Shown piece by piece: positions 1-13,025 of a stretch of DNA of 64,000 bases (its first letter is position 1; each line of letters opens with the position of its first letter). Made by a program: the position numbers and the translations under genes. Location: positions 1 to 64,000 of the forward strand of contig JABANN010000064.1 in assembly GCA_013115125.1 (NCBI GenBank), given 5' to 3'. The notes below the pieces were generated by a model. The model made no database searches. It saw only the letters and a list, made by a program, of their open reading frames with translations, and was not told the DNA's origin. This DNA is from Perkinsus olseni. Taxonomy: Eukaryota.

Positions 1-721
1 GCTAGATATCTTTACACAGATATCCAGAGTAGCGCACGCCCGATCCTGTCTCTCACGGCCAGCATTCTACACAGCAGCCCACGCGCGTTTAAGGGGACGT
101 TTGCAGCGGGCTAGGAGCTGGCAGCGTTCAGTGGTGGACCATTCTGCATGGGCTGAGCCTGTAGACGTCGAGACACCATTTGATATAGATATACGTGCAT
201 AGTCCCCCGGGTGGAAACCGGTATGCCCTCCTTTTTGAGAATGGATCGGAGACAGAGGAAGTGTCCCGTGACGTGCTGCTCTTGTGCGTTGCGGCCATGC
301 TCGGTTCGCCGGATGTTCGCACCCCACGAAGATCTTCTGCTGATTCTGCCACCCGCCTGTAACCATCCGCCTTCGCGGCATTTTCTGCTAGAGCTTCTTC
401 TATCAGGGGCTACTCAGTTCTTTCACAGTCTCTCTGTCCTCACTGATTTCCCGTCCCACTTGGCATGATGAAGTGAAGCAACTGTTGCCCAGTTATCCTG
501 TATTCTGTCCGCCAAGATACGACAGTGATAGTGGCTCATCCCTTTCGTCTGCAGTTCTCTTTCAAGCTTCTTTCGAGTGTTCCCTCGCCAGATCCCGTCG
601 TTCCGTCCCGGCATCCACGCGATACCCGGTACCGGATGCCGAAACTACCGCGAGCATTGGTGATGCTGTTTCTAGGTATTCCCCCCAACCTGAGCTCAGC
701 TTCATCGCTCTCTTAGCTTCG

Positions 722-1140
722 ATGGACACCTGTGACATTTTTTCTTCATACCAGTGTAATGATCACGGTGTCTGTTGGCCGGCCAATGCCTACTATGATT
801 ATTATTACTGTATTTGCAATATATGGTGGACTGGAGACCAGTGCGACCGAAGATCCTGGTGGGCGCCCTGTGAGCGATGCCGTTGTAGACTTCAATTTGC
901 AGGTTCTTTTGGTTATGTATAGTCATCGGGATAGTGGTGACTCTCACACTGGCGTTTTTCGCTTGTTATTATTTCGTGAAATATAGAGGAGCAGGCGCCC
1001 CCTCGCGGAGGGATGCCCACCGTTCAGCAGATGACCACCCAATCACCTATGGGGTGAGTGAAGCTAGTCGCTGGCCCAAGCATAGTCTCCTTTTCTTGCC
1101 GAGCCTTGTGCAGGCGGTCGCTCTAAATTCTGAAGTTTAG
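722..1140 (+). CDS. Single-EGF-domain, single-TM micro-protein, copy 1 (~104 aa; exons 722-858, 903-1053, 1114-1140)
   Basis: MDTCDIFSSYQCNDHGVCWPANAYYDYYYCICNIWWTGDQC has EGF Cys spacing. Removing GT-AG intron 859-902 joins it in frame to the hydrophobic FFWLCIVIGIVVTLTLAFFACYYF followed by KYR. Confidence 0.8.
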
Positions 1141-2172
1141 AAAACTCTATGAGACCCAACACTTTGGCAGCACTGGTGAATGAGGACCTCCCACTCCTCC
1201 TTTGGTAGTGCGTAGACAAGGTCCCCCCAAATTTGTGCCTGATATGGCGATAACCGTGGGGAAGCCTGTCTCTTGAAACTGCCAGGCCTCCAACGACGGA
1301 TAGTCCCTTCATTAATGGCCAGTAGTCTCGGTGAATTGTCACCGGTTTATCTCAACAATACTTGCCGATTCGCCGTCATCACTTTTGCGCGCCTTTTTTC
1401 TAAGCTGAGTTGTTGTGCGTTGACTAGCCGTTTTTACTCGTATATCGACTGTGAACCTCAGTGAGTTCAAACCGCCGCTAGTCCTGTTCATCAGGCTTAA
1501 CGTAGCATACATTTCGCCGAGGGCACTGGTGATTTTCTAGATTTTGGTTCAAGCCTTGATGGTCTAGCGACCCGTGTGGCGGCCAGGAATGATGCCTGCT
1601 ACGGCAGCAGGTGCTCCTCGAGAGAGCTAAAGCAGCACGAGGGGAACCCTGCGATTTACGACTAAGAACGAGACGAGGTGTGTGCCGTGCCATAAACCCG
1701 AAAGACCATACCGCCACAACCGTCGTACCAGAGTTCCCAGCGAACATGACCCAATCGAGTGGGGACGAACGCACGAGGGGACCCTCAGCAAGGTCTTACC
1801 GTATCTTTGTCAATGGCAGTCGTTGAGCGTACAAGAACTCAGGTGAAATGATATGTCATCACGGTTGAAGGGAGAGAGGAGTGCGTGACGCCGCGTCACA
1901 CCATGAACGTTCTGTGCCGCACGGGTCCTTAGGCGGGCTCGGCCCACCTCCACGGAAGTAGACGCCGTCCACTAGACGACCCTGCTTCTCTCAGACTTTA
2001 GTTTGTATCCCTTCTCTCATTCTCCCCTTCCTTTTTCGCAAGTGCACTCCAACACCAGAGCTGGTACGGTACCAGTGGTACCTCATACATCGGCGGTGTC
2101 GCAGGCATTAGATTGGTCGTTCTCAGGTACCCTCCTAATTTGGCCCTGGCTGCATTATTTTTCTCAGTATTC

Positions 2173-2525
2173 ATGAGCATCTGTGACCTTTACTCTTCAT
2201 ACCAATGTAGTGGTCATGGTGTATGTTGGCCGGCCTACGAAGATAACCACTGTGTTTGTAACGTGTGGTGGGTTGGAGATCAGTGCGATGCGATATCCAG
2301 GTGACTCGAGGCGCCAAATGATCAGTTCACGCTGGTGTGGTATGAGCTTCTATTTTTAGCTACTATTGGTTATGTATTATTATTGCTATAGTGGTGTTCA
2401 TCAAACTAGCGCTTTTCGCTTGCTATTATTGGATGAAGTATAACCGAGCGGCGACGGCTGCCCCGTCGCAGAGGGTTCTCCACACCTCAGCAAATGGTTA
2501 CCCAGCCACCAACGGGGTGAGTTGA
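2173..2525 (+). CDS. Single-EGF-domain, single-TM micro-protein, copy 2 (intron 2301-2359; last exon uncertain)
   Basis: MSICDLYSSYQCSGHGVCWPAYEDNHCVCNVWWVGDQC, spliced to YYWLCIIIAIVVFIKLALFACYYWMKY. Intron position and phase match copy 1. Confidence 0.8.
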
Positions 2526-3653
2526 GCAGATTGCTATTTTAGACACATCTCTCGATCACTATAGCCATGGCGGCCGCTCTAGTAGGCTCGGATGCGTAGC
2601 ATTAATTCTTGCACCACAGGTGTATCAAAATTGAGAGTCTCTCAGCTGAGGATTCGTTACTGAACAGCTTCCAGCGATTGAGGTTCTCTCCCTGGGAGCA
2701 ATAGGTGTTCCTTAGGTAATACGCAGCCAGGTTGCGCCTAAAGCGGAGCATAACATGGCGGTGACCGTTGGAAAGCCGGTGTCCAAGAGCTGAGCAAATT
2801 TCGCCTCCCGAAGTTCCGATAATGAGCAGATTGTCGAGAATATTTCCATTTTTCGGCCAGTGGCCACGGTGATTCCTCGCCAGTCCACCGTAGCGGCACT
2901 CGCAGATTCACTTTCATCTCGCGATCCGCTATCTGGTTTCCCTCTTTCCTAAGCTGTTGTGTATCAATTGAATGTGCAGTTCACCTGCAGCCTGCTGGCC
3001 GGAAGCAGTTTGTCTCTGCGCACCTGCACTGGGTGACTCGAGTTTGCTGGTCGAGTTACCTCTGATGCATGATACTGGGCAATAGTATCCAACGGTTAGA
3101 TTAACAGCGACTCTCGCATATATACCATTCCTTCAACTTCGTATCACATCTCGACGCACTTCACTCAGCTGGTGTGTCTGCAAACCTGGTCCTCCGAGTA
3201 CTGTTCTCGCTTTTCTCGGCGAAGGTGCCCAGTTCTCGCCAAGTGAGGGATATCTTCGTTATTCCAACTTATTCCAATTACGGTTATCGACCTTGCTTAA
3301 TCAACCACCTTGCTCACGAGGACTCTTCTTCCTGGCTCGTGAAACGGGTAACATAAGCCGCGCCGCGTCACGCGCCACAAAATTATGAATGGCACTCAGA
3401 ACGGCTCCATGATTCGCGAGGCACCTCCCGGGTTGTACTCACCATGATACTTCATCGGTCTACTTATGCTTGTACAATTAGATGGAGCTGTGTCAAATCA
3501 GGCTCGTCAACGCATCATTCATAACGGTCAATCCACCTGCGACCGTCCATGCGACTGCTGATGCCAGAGTGATTCCCTCTTCCTGACGAGATGAGCCAAG
3601 GGAGCTCAGCGAGAAGTCTTTCGAAGTACTGAGCACGTTTGAGAACTTTCGCA

Positions 3654-3964
3654 GGAGCGAAGGATGATGAGACATCGCACTCAGCCGAGCTCAACTTGAA
3701 GTCCTTGATAGGCGTTTGCAAGTACGCAGGGTTCATCATTTTCAACTTGGTCGCCGTGTATTTCCTGGAGTACTTTATTCAATCTGGTTTTATGGATAGG
3801 GCTTCGATCAATGTGGATACAGTTCACTCCTCCTATGTTGCAGCTAACTCGTATGAGATGATGTTGATCGGGTATAACATTGGTGTCACCATCTCGAGGT
3901 CATCTGTCACCTTCTTCCGTATTAAGAGGGCTTGGATACCTACTGTCCTGCAAGCCTGTAACGC
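3654..3964 (+). pseudogene. Internal fragment duplicate of the CLN3/Btn1 gene at 17260-18597
   Basis: Near-identical to 17974-18284 (GAKDDETSHSAEL...PTVLQACNA). It has no N-terminus and diverges after ACNA. Confidence 0.9.
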
Positions 3965-4238
3965 TATCAAGCTTTCCTTATTAAATCTTCGCAGACAGCC
4001 CTACGAGATTCGGTGATTGACAGCCTGCTTGTGGTAGTAGGCGAAGGCCTGGCAGCCTAGTGATCTCCTTCTGGAACAGCATTGTCGTAGCATCGCCATC
4101 ATGTACTGTACATACCCTGTAAAATGCATCTCGTATCGTCGACTTGTGTTGTTATTCATTCAATTCTGAGTCAGACTTTGTGACTGGGGTATATGAACTC
4201 CTGTAGACCGTTGGTAGTGTTTAGAGGTTATTGACCCT

Positions 4239-7200
4239 ATGACCGCCGCTGCTGAGTCCACTGCTACTACTGAGCCGACTGCTCATGGCCTGTATGATAA
4301 CCTTCGGCGGCTCATTAACGTGGTGGATGAGCTGAGGTAATAGTGGGGTCATGCCTGTCGGTGTTGAGAGTGGTTTCAGGGATGTTGGACTACAGAAGAT
4401 CATCAACCTTCCTCGGATTGTTGTTGTCGGGACCCAGAGTTCAGGGAAGAGCTCGGTAAGGCATACGGGACAGGGCTCGTCCAGTATCCGCCTGACGGCT
4501 ATGTTGGAGCTGCTTATGGTTGGAGGCCTCTCTCAGGTTTTGGAGAGCATCGTTGGCCTCGATTTCCTCCCCCGTGGCGATGGTGTTGTAACGAGAAGGC
4601 CGCTCGAGCTTAGGCTGGTTCACTTGTCCGAAAGTGAGATGGGGAACCCAGCGTGTTGTGGGGTACAATGGCGGAGTTGCGTCAGGTGACCATAAGCCTG
4701 ATGATGCTTGGGCTGTATTCCCTGATCGCCCTGAGAAGAAGTTCACGGATTTCGATGAGGTAATAACAGCCGCGGTAGTGGTGAGAGGGATTCCACAAGT
4801 TGTTCTCACATTTATTCGCACAGCGCACATGAGTAGGAATAAACGATTATAACTCTCGTCTGTCGGCCGTAACGATGTGTATAAGGTACGTAAGGAGATC
4901 GAGCGGCTCACTGATGTTGCAGCGGGAGCCAACAAGGGTATCGTAGACGATCCTATCGTCATGACGATGTACGTGCCAGTGGTGTCTGCTTGGTGATCCG
5001 TGAGTTGGCCTTGAAGATACGCTACTGCTGCTCCTGACCTCACTTTGATTGATTTGCCTGGCATCACTCGAGTCCCTGTGAAGGGCTCTGATCAGAAGGA
5101 GGATATTGAGAAAGTCACTAAGGTGGGCGAAGAGGCCTTAGAAGGGGTGGTCCAATGATCGGTGGCAGGACATGACCTACCGGTACATTAGAGACCCTCG
5201 GACCATCATCTTGGCAGTACTGGCTGCAAACCAGGACCTGAGCACTAGTGACGCCCTGCAGATGGCTCGTCAGGTGGACCCTTCTGGGTTCAGAACCATT
5301 GGGGTAGTAAAGGCCTGAGAACGGGAATATGAGGTTGCACTGTACTCTGGGGTTGCTGTGGCAGGTGATAACGAAGATTGACATCATGGATAGGGGCACT
5401 GACGCGATCAAGATGCTTACTGGGGAGGATATACCCTTGCGCTTAGGATATGTTGGAGTGAAGAACAGGTAGTGTATTGGTAACGGTGGTCCTTGTTGGT
5501 GGACCTGTTGCTGTAGATCGCAGGCGGACATCCGTGCTAACATGAGGGTGAAGGAAGCTTTGCAGCAGGAGAAGGAGTGGTTCGAGAGCCACCCCAAGTA
5601 CAACAAGCTGCCTCCTGGTCTCACTGGCACTGGTAGTAGTAGGTTCCTCGGCTTGCCATGAGTCAGAGTCATCGACCATCGGGAGAAATATCTGGTGCAG
5701 GTTGCTTGGTACAGAAGCTCACGAGGGTGCTTTTCCGTCATATCCGTAACTTTTTGCCTGAGATCAAGAAGGAAATATCCGACCGGAAGACTAAGTAGAA
5801 CAACGCTGTTACTCATAATAAGAGGATCACTTCGTTATGGAGCAGAGTGCAAGATCGATTGGAGCAGATTGGCAGTGGTGTTCCGGTGGATGAGAAGGAG
5901 CAGGTCCAGCTTATGTGGACGATGATTACGGATTACTGTGATATGTTTAAGAATACTATCAGAGGTAGCACACTGCACTCGCCATGTGGGCATGCTTGAT
6001 GATGATGTGGTGGTGGTGGTGGCTGTCAGGGAGGAATGATAGGAAGCTGCAGCACTATCTGGCGGCCTCTGCCGAGAGCGGAGAGCAGCTTGCCTCGGGT
6101 GGTAGTCAGATAAGAAGTGTCTTCAATGACTTCCTGGTAGGTTCGGTCTCCTTGGCCGTTGTGTGGGGATTAGTCATCCATTCAGGCTGACTACGAGGAT
6201 GAGCCTTGCACCAGAGACCTCACAGATGAGGACATCGAGAGGGCCATCCGAGTTCACGAGGGGGATGCCCTGCCTGGTAGGCCGACCATTGGCTACGAAC
6301 AACCGGATTTACCTAGCGGTCACCTCGATCAGGATTCCCTTCCCCTGATATTTTTGAGTTCCTTATTTTGCCGTATCTTCGTCAAATTCAAGGCCCTACT
6401 ATGGAATGCTTAAACACCGTTGCAGCAACCCTGGAGGTAAGGGGAGGGTGGGTGTGTGATGGGGCCCTGATGAGGTCTCCCGCAGGTCCTCAGTCAGAAG
6501 ATGGCGCGTACAGTCTTCAAGCGCTTCCCCAAGCTGGCAGACCAGGTGGGCAAGGCTGAGGGGGATTTATGGCGTAGCGGTGGCTCAGGTCCTCGAGCTG
6601 ACCTCACAAATTCTGTATAGAGAAAAGGAGCATACTCGCGCCATACTCGAGGACCTAGTTGCCTATGATACGGGTTATCTGTTCACCAATGACGTGGATT
6701 ACCTAGAGAGCCACGGATCTATGCAGCCCATGTGAGTGGATTTGGCCGTCACTGCTGTTGTCTAGTAGTGGAGGGCAGGTACCAGCCTTCACCGGGACTA
6801 CCCAACGGACCTGATGGTAACGTCAATTCGCCCCCTGGCGGTGCTGCTGCTTCTGGAGTAGCGGGTCAGGCTGTGGCATCACAGCAGGTAGCGTCTCTGG
6901 CCTGTTACTGTTTGTGGATCTGGAAAAGCAGGTTCCCTCGAGAGGTATGCCTGGGCAGCGCCCCAATCATCGTCGGGGCTATGCGGGACCCTACGTCACG
7001 GAGATCCGTCGTCGCCTTGACGCCTACTTCTCCCTGATCATCAGGAATGTCCGGGACTCGGTTCCGCGGGCCGTCGGGTACTTCCTAGTTCGCCAGGTGA
7101 GAGTGCAGGACTGCTGGGGTTGGTCATCCACTCTCGTGGGGTAGGTGCAAGACAAACTCCAGTTCGAGCTATATACTAACGTGAATAGGGCAGAGAAGTT

Positions 7201-7802
7201 GCCCGAGCTGCTTGGAGAGCCACCGCATATTATGGAGGAGAGGAAACAGCTGACGACGCAGGTGAGGGCGATGGCCGCCCTGCTGGTAGTGGTCGGCTGA
7301 GGTGGTATTTGTTGTGGCAGTTGCGTATCCTGGAGAACGCTCATAACGTGCTGCAGCGTGATCCCACTATTACGGCACTGCAGTTGGAGACGATGGACAT
7401 GATGGGTGACGAGTCAATATCACCGGCCGCACCTCGGAAGCCTAGGAGCCCTAAGCACAGCAAGCAGCAGCAGCAGCAGCAGCAGCAGTATCCGGGCTAC
7501 AAGCCTGCTGGAGTGCCACCCCCTTCATCCCAGGTCCGACTATAACTTAACTTTGCTTCGCGTGGATGCAATTCTGTCAGGCCGGAGTTCCCCCGCCCTC
7601 TAACGGTTCGTCGGTCCCGCCGCCCGCTCCTCCACCGGGCGGTAGTCTGTTCGGCAATTCGACTTCGAAGGCTCACACCGGCAACACGGGTAGTATCCCC
7701 GCCGCCCATCCTGGCCAGGGCTCGTCTTTGTTCGGAGGGAGCAGCTATCAGAGTGGCAGGAGGACACAACCCCCGCACAACCCTCTTTTTCAAGATGACT
7801 GA
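4239..7802 (+). CDS. DrpB: Dynamin-related GTPase, alveolate DrpB/DYN1-like (multi-exon)
   Basis: [41 protein letters not shown] (G1), [28 protein letters not shown] (G3), VITKIDIMD (G4), GED-like [29 protein letters not shown], and a Pro/Gln-rich tail. Confidence 0.93.
7465..7488 (+). repeat. (CAG)8 microsatellite encoding polyQ in the dynamin tail
   Basis: Directly visible. Confidence 0.9.
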
Positions 7803-8020
7803 TGACTGTGCACTGGAACTCAACAGCAGCAGCCGCAGCAGCAGCAGCTATAGACCCAATACGAGTGTATTATCGCTGCCTAATCACCGTTGTTACTGCT
7901 GTGTACGATAGCAGGTCTATCCTGTGGTGCGTTCAGTTTGTTAATGTGGCGGGTGTCCTACTACTCGGGATCATAGTGTGTGTGGATTCGCGAGTCCAGG
8001 GTGATATTTGGGCGCCACTA

Positions 8021-10495
8021 ATGATCTCATCGGAGAATATCAGCCGGCCCCTCTACGGGACGCTGTTCGCATTCGCTGGAGATGAAAGCATGGCTGCCTG
8101 CTGGGGCTCGGTAGTGCGGGAGGCGCTGGTATTTCTCGTGGGACCGCTGTGCTATCCATAGCACGCGCCTTCTGTGATTTCCTGCTCTTCTTCGCTCCGC
8201 TGCGTCCCGTGTCAGGCCACGTCTGGAGTAGCACCAGTGGAGGGGCCACTCAGGTAGTACCATAGTAAACTTACGTAAAGTGGTGGTATGGGAGCCTGCC
8301 TACCTCTGGGATAGAATTTGCCGGAGATTCCCTCAATACCGGGCTCGTTCAGGACGGCAACCGAGTGCCGAGGAGATGGTTCAGTGATGCGAGTCCCTTC
8401 ATGTTGCGAGGCGATGCAGAGGAGCGGCGGCCGATGTAGGCTGCTGGGGCAACAAGGGGCAGCCGTCGATTCTCCGGGCTGTAGTATTGGAAGAGCGACC
8501 AATGCGGGCGGCTCTGGCCGGCCTGTGCTGTCATCATCCCATCGTCATGCAGATCGAGGTGGAGGGGGATCACGCTGGAGATGATCAGCTTACCAGAGAG
8601 GTACGTCCTCGCTTCGATCGCCTCGGAGTGTGGCCGTCCAGGAGCAGCAATTTTGGCTGGGACTATTGATCTTGGAGAGCGCTGCCTCCAGCATTGGCCG
8701 TGGCGCTATGACCTTCGACACGCAGGATCGGCCGTTGTTCAATATGGAGGAAGTTTCGACCAGTGGAAGATACTCGTCAAGTCGGGCTACCGTTGCCTTG
8801 TCCAGCTCGACAGGGCTCTCCATGGACTGGCCAGAATTCCATAACGGTGTGGCCTTTGGCCTAGCCGTGAGACCGCCGCGAGGGAGGAGGCCGGATAGGG
8901 AGTGGTTTGTCCGTAATATGCGCTGGAAGAGGGCTTCGGATGATTCCTGTTTTCGGAGGGCCGGTCTTCTGATGGGCCTAGGCCTGCACGGCTATATGAC
9001 ACCTGATGTCTTCCGTCCTGATGACTGGTTGGTGGAAATTGGCATGGGTAACTGCGCCTCGATATGCGCTGTGCTTCTGGGCGTCGGGGCTTCCAATATA
9101 GGATCGAGGGACCTCAAAGCCTGTAGACTGTGTTACCTTCATACTCCGGCCCTGTCAGGGCAGGTGGACCAGTCGGCAGGTAGTTCTACTCAAACCCTTG
9201 TGCAGTGCTGTGGCGTGGTCGCCTTGGGCTTACTGCACTACAAGTCCGCTCATGTTACGCTGGCCACCACTGTATTGAAGAACCTGCGTGACCTTGGTAG
9301 CATCACCGGCGGCTCGGACGAGTGTGGGGTCGGCCTTCGACCAGCCTATGGAGTGTCACTCGGAGTAGCCTTCGCTCTGGCATACGCTGACAAGCCCTTG
9401 CCTCGCAATTTGGAAGATGCGCTCATGGCGTGTACGAAGAATATCGATAGTTCTGTGCCGGCTTCCATCGCCTTGGGTCTTCTGTACTACGGCAGGGGCG
9501 ACTCCCGTGTTTTGGAGGTGCTGCAGTTGCCTCGTACCCGACATCAGCTCTGTCGTAGGAGGCCGAACTGTTGGTTTGCGGTTGCTGTGGCTCACACTAT
9601 GGTGCAAGGGGAATTGCCTGACCTGCCCTCCTTCGTCGGTGGATGCAGGGAGAAGTATAGAGCTACCGCAGGAGAGTCGAGTCCTTTCGTAGAGGCTGAG
9701 GCAGCACTGTATATGGAGGCGGGCTGCATGCTAGGCCTGGCGTTGTCCAATATGGGTAGCGATGATCTCGGGGTTCAAGATCGGATACTGGCTGCTCTGG
9801 AGAGGATGCTCAGGATGGAGAGCTGGCAGGTGGTAGCGATCCGATCGAATAGGACGAGCATTCCTAAGATTGGGCCAACAACGGTGGCTAGATCAAGCGT
9901 GATCTTCAGGAAGGCATGCCGAGTGTCACGTCCTTTGGAGCGATAACGAGCCATCCCCCGGATGACTGTGGACCCGACAGCAAGACCCTGCTTACTTGCA
10001 GGTAGTTGAGGGCTTCTTCATGCTCCCTTCTCGATCCCTCCTCAGGCTCAGCGTCTTGTTGTCAGCTGCGACTGTCATGGCCGGCAGCGGTTGTCCTCGT
10101 GTATCAGCCTTTATCGATCGAGTGCGGCAGAAGGTGCGGCTGCTACGTCCTCGATGAGGGCCATGAGTCAGAGTTTCAGGTTTTTGAGAGTACTCATACT
10201 CCAGCAGCAGAATTTGAGTCCGTCTATGGCATACACCAAGCACTCCATCTAGCCACTGGCCTGCTCCATCTGGGCTGGGGTCGCTGCAAGTTGAAGAACA
10301 ATACTCTCGGGAGGGCAGCCATGCTTCTAGCACTCTGGCCCGGCTACAGACATGACGTCAGCGATATGAAGTGGGCATCTACTACTCGGGGTTGCTGCCG
10401 TAGCGTGTATTGGGTGTATGGTGGCCCTCGGCAGATACCACGTCCAAGTGTTCCGACACTTGTACTGTCTAGCGGTTGAGAGAAGGGCCCGTTAG
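8021..10495 (+). CDS. APC1: Anaphase-promoting complex subunit 1 (PC-repeat core; start approximate)
   Basis: LAVQEQ...SIGRGAMTF, WPEFHNGVAFGL, AGLLMGLGLHG, HQALHLATGLLHLGWG, and YHVQVFRHLYCLAVE followed by TAG at 10493-10495. Confidence 0.82.
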
Positions 10496-10596
10496 TAGTA
10501 CTCCCTTTCCATAAGCATGGGCCATCTCCTCTCTTTGTACACTACTACAGTCACTACTATTTCCAACATCCTTCGCGAAGACTTGCGTGGCTGTTA

Positions 10597-13025
10597 TGTC
10601 TCGGATCATCCTTGCTACGTTCGCTGCCTGCATGGAATGCCTTCCTTGTTAGTCTTTGTATGCTGAGGGAGTCAACGCGGTGGTTTGATGAGAGTGATGG
10701 GACCAACACTCCTCAGCAGGCTCGGGCTCCTGCGACGGGGTTCGACCACGACAACCGCCCATCGATCGTTAGCATCCTCGACGAGCCCATCGGTTGTTCG
10801 AGGGGCTCACCAGAGGCGAGTGTACTCAGATGACCGTCGTGTATCGACAGGGTTGAGTATGACTAGTCTATAGGTGCGACGTTGCCATAATCGGGGGCGG
10901 CATCAGCGGCTGTTCTCTTGCCTGGGTTCTTGCCCGCTTCACTGACATGTGAGTTTACCAGTCGCCTTGCTGTTATTGAGGGTTCCTTTAGAAACTCCGT
11001 GGTCGTGTTGGAGCGGCATAATAACGTTGGCAGAGTATGCAGCCATGCAAAGAACAACTCGCAGACTCTGCATCGTGTAGGGGCATTACTCGCTGGGGTG
11101 GTGGTGAGGCATCAAAGGTGGTATTCTTGCAGTAGGGCGACGTCGAGACTAACTATAGTATACACAAGGCTCGTCGCGCCAACGCTCAAGCTGAGCTGCT
11201 CCGCCGCTTCACGAGTACTGTTTTAGAGGAGCCTGAAAGGGACAGCTGCGTATTCAGGATGGTAGCATTCGCACCCCGCCCTTCCGCGCTTCTGTTCTTC
11301 TCCACTGGAAGGAGGCTGTACAGTTTTGTATCATTTTTCTCAGTCTAAGCTGTGCCTTGGGGTTGGTGAGGAAGAGCAGGAGCTGCTCAGGCAGCGGTAC
11401 GAGTCCTTTCGTGAGGAATTCCCCTCGATGCGGTTCACGGAGAAGAAGTAGACAAGCCTCCTCCGAGAGCTGATCGCCTAGGTTCCTCATTTAGAGAGGA
11501 GATATTCCGGTTGGAACCGGCAGTAGTGCTCGAAGACCTTGATGGATCGAGCTTTAGATCCGAGCCGCTCGCAGCCATAGCGATAGAAGATGAGTGGGGT
11601 GTGTCTGGTAGTGGTAGCGTGATGAGTCTGATCAGATACGCCGCTGTTAACTACGGTGAGCTCACACACTCGTTCGTCCGCCATTCACGGAGGCACGCGT
11701 CGGAAACGGGAAAAAAGGTCGAGTTTATTACGTCAACGAAGGTAAAGTGGGAGCCGGATCCTGAAGACCCCTCGCGCTTCAGGTTGAGTCCCTCGCTCCG
11801 TATGATGACGGTGATGTTATGTTGCGGTGTTCAATGAACGACGTCGAGGTTCGGGCGAGATTCTGCGTCGTCTCAGCGGGCGGTTACTCGGTACTACCGT
11901 CGCAGCCGCTTCGCCCCGTCTCTCCTGCGAAGTTTTCATGTTTTTATGTGCGTCCTTGTAGTTGCTATTGGCCCACAGTCTCGGCCTCGCCAAGCATTTG
12001 TCACTCCTTCCCATCGCGGGTTCATTTTTTTTCGCAGGCTCATCGGGGGCCTACCGGAGACTGCTTAACGGCAAGGTGTAAGGTCCGCTACGACCGAGAG
12101 ATTGCTGCATTGACGCCATCAGGTACGCTGTCCAGGACCCCGCTCTACCGTTTGCTGCTCCCCATGCTGATCCAGATGTAGCCAAGCTTGGCCATCCAAC
12201 TCGGTAGTAGGGCTCTACTAGAGGCGACCATCAGCCTGCGTGATGGTACTGGGCCTGCCGTTGGTAGTTTCGGCCCAACAGCGGCGTTCCATCCGATGAT
12301 GGAGAGGTATCTTTTCGAGTCCCTACCGGATGCTCTGAGGACAATGCAGCTGACAGACCCAGCAACGATCGCCGCCCTTGCCGATATCCTAGCTGAGAGG
12401 CCGCACTTGATAGGATACGCTTTGGCGCAGATGACGTAGCCTAGTCACCGAGAGATCTTTCCCGCCCTCGTCGCTGCAGGTACGAGGCGCCGCTACTTGG
12501 TGAGCATCAATACGCTATGTAGGGGCACTCTCGTTATGGTCACTCTCACGTGCCCACTCCTCAGTAACGAGGCAGGTCGGTTAGTACCGGCCATTGCTCG
12601 AGGAAGAGTTCGATTATCGCCAGCATGGGGCTTTGGAGGGGTCCGTCCCCAATTGTTGGACACTTGGAAGAAGACACTTGTAGGAGATCTCGGTGCGTGG
12701 GGCTGCGTACGCTCACTGTCGTCAGCTGATGGGAGCTGGCAAGATAGTCGAGCCTGAGGTCCCGAATATGATCTTCAACATAACACCATCGCCTGGGGCG
12801 ACCGTCTGTTTGGCTAGCGCCTTGTCTGATGCGTTGAGGTGAGGATCTACGAAGCTCCTGTTGGTAGAGCTCTGTTTCGGACCACTGTTACCTCCGACGT
12901 TGTGGGCAACTCTGTCTGTCAGGATTTGCGATCATCTCGGCGCTGAATTTGACTATGAGGAGGTGATGAGACTACTGGCTGTGAACTTGCGTGATCCTTG
13001 TGTGGCTGAGCTCGTCCTTTCCTGA
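10597..13025 (+). CDS. MQO: Malate:quinone oxidoreductase-like FAD oxidoreductase (multi-exon; start approximate)
   Basis: DVAIIGGGISG FAD motif, SHAKNNSQTLH, GDVETNY, FGPTA, GFGGVRPQL, IFNITPSPGAT. Confidence 0.8.
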
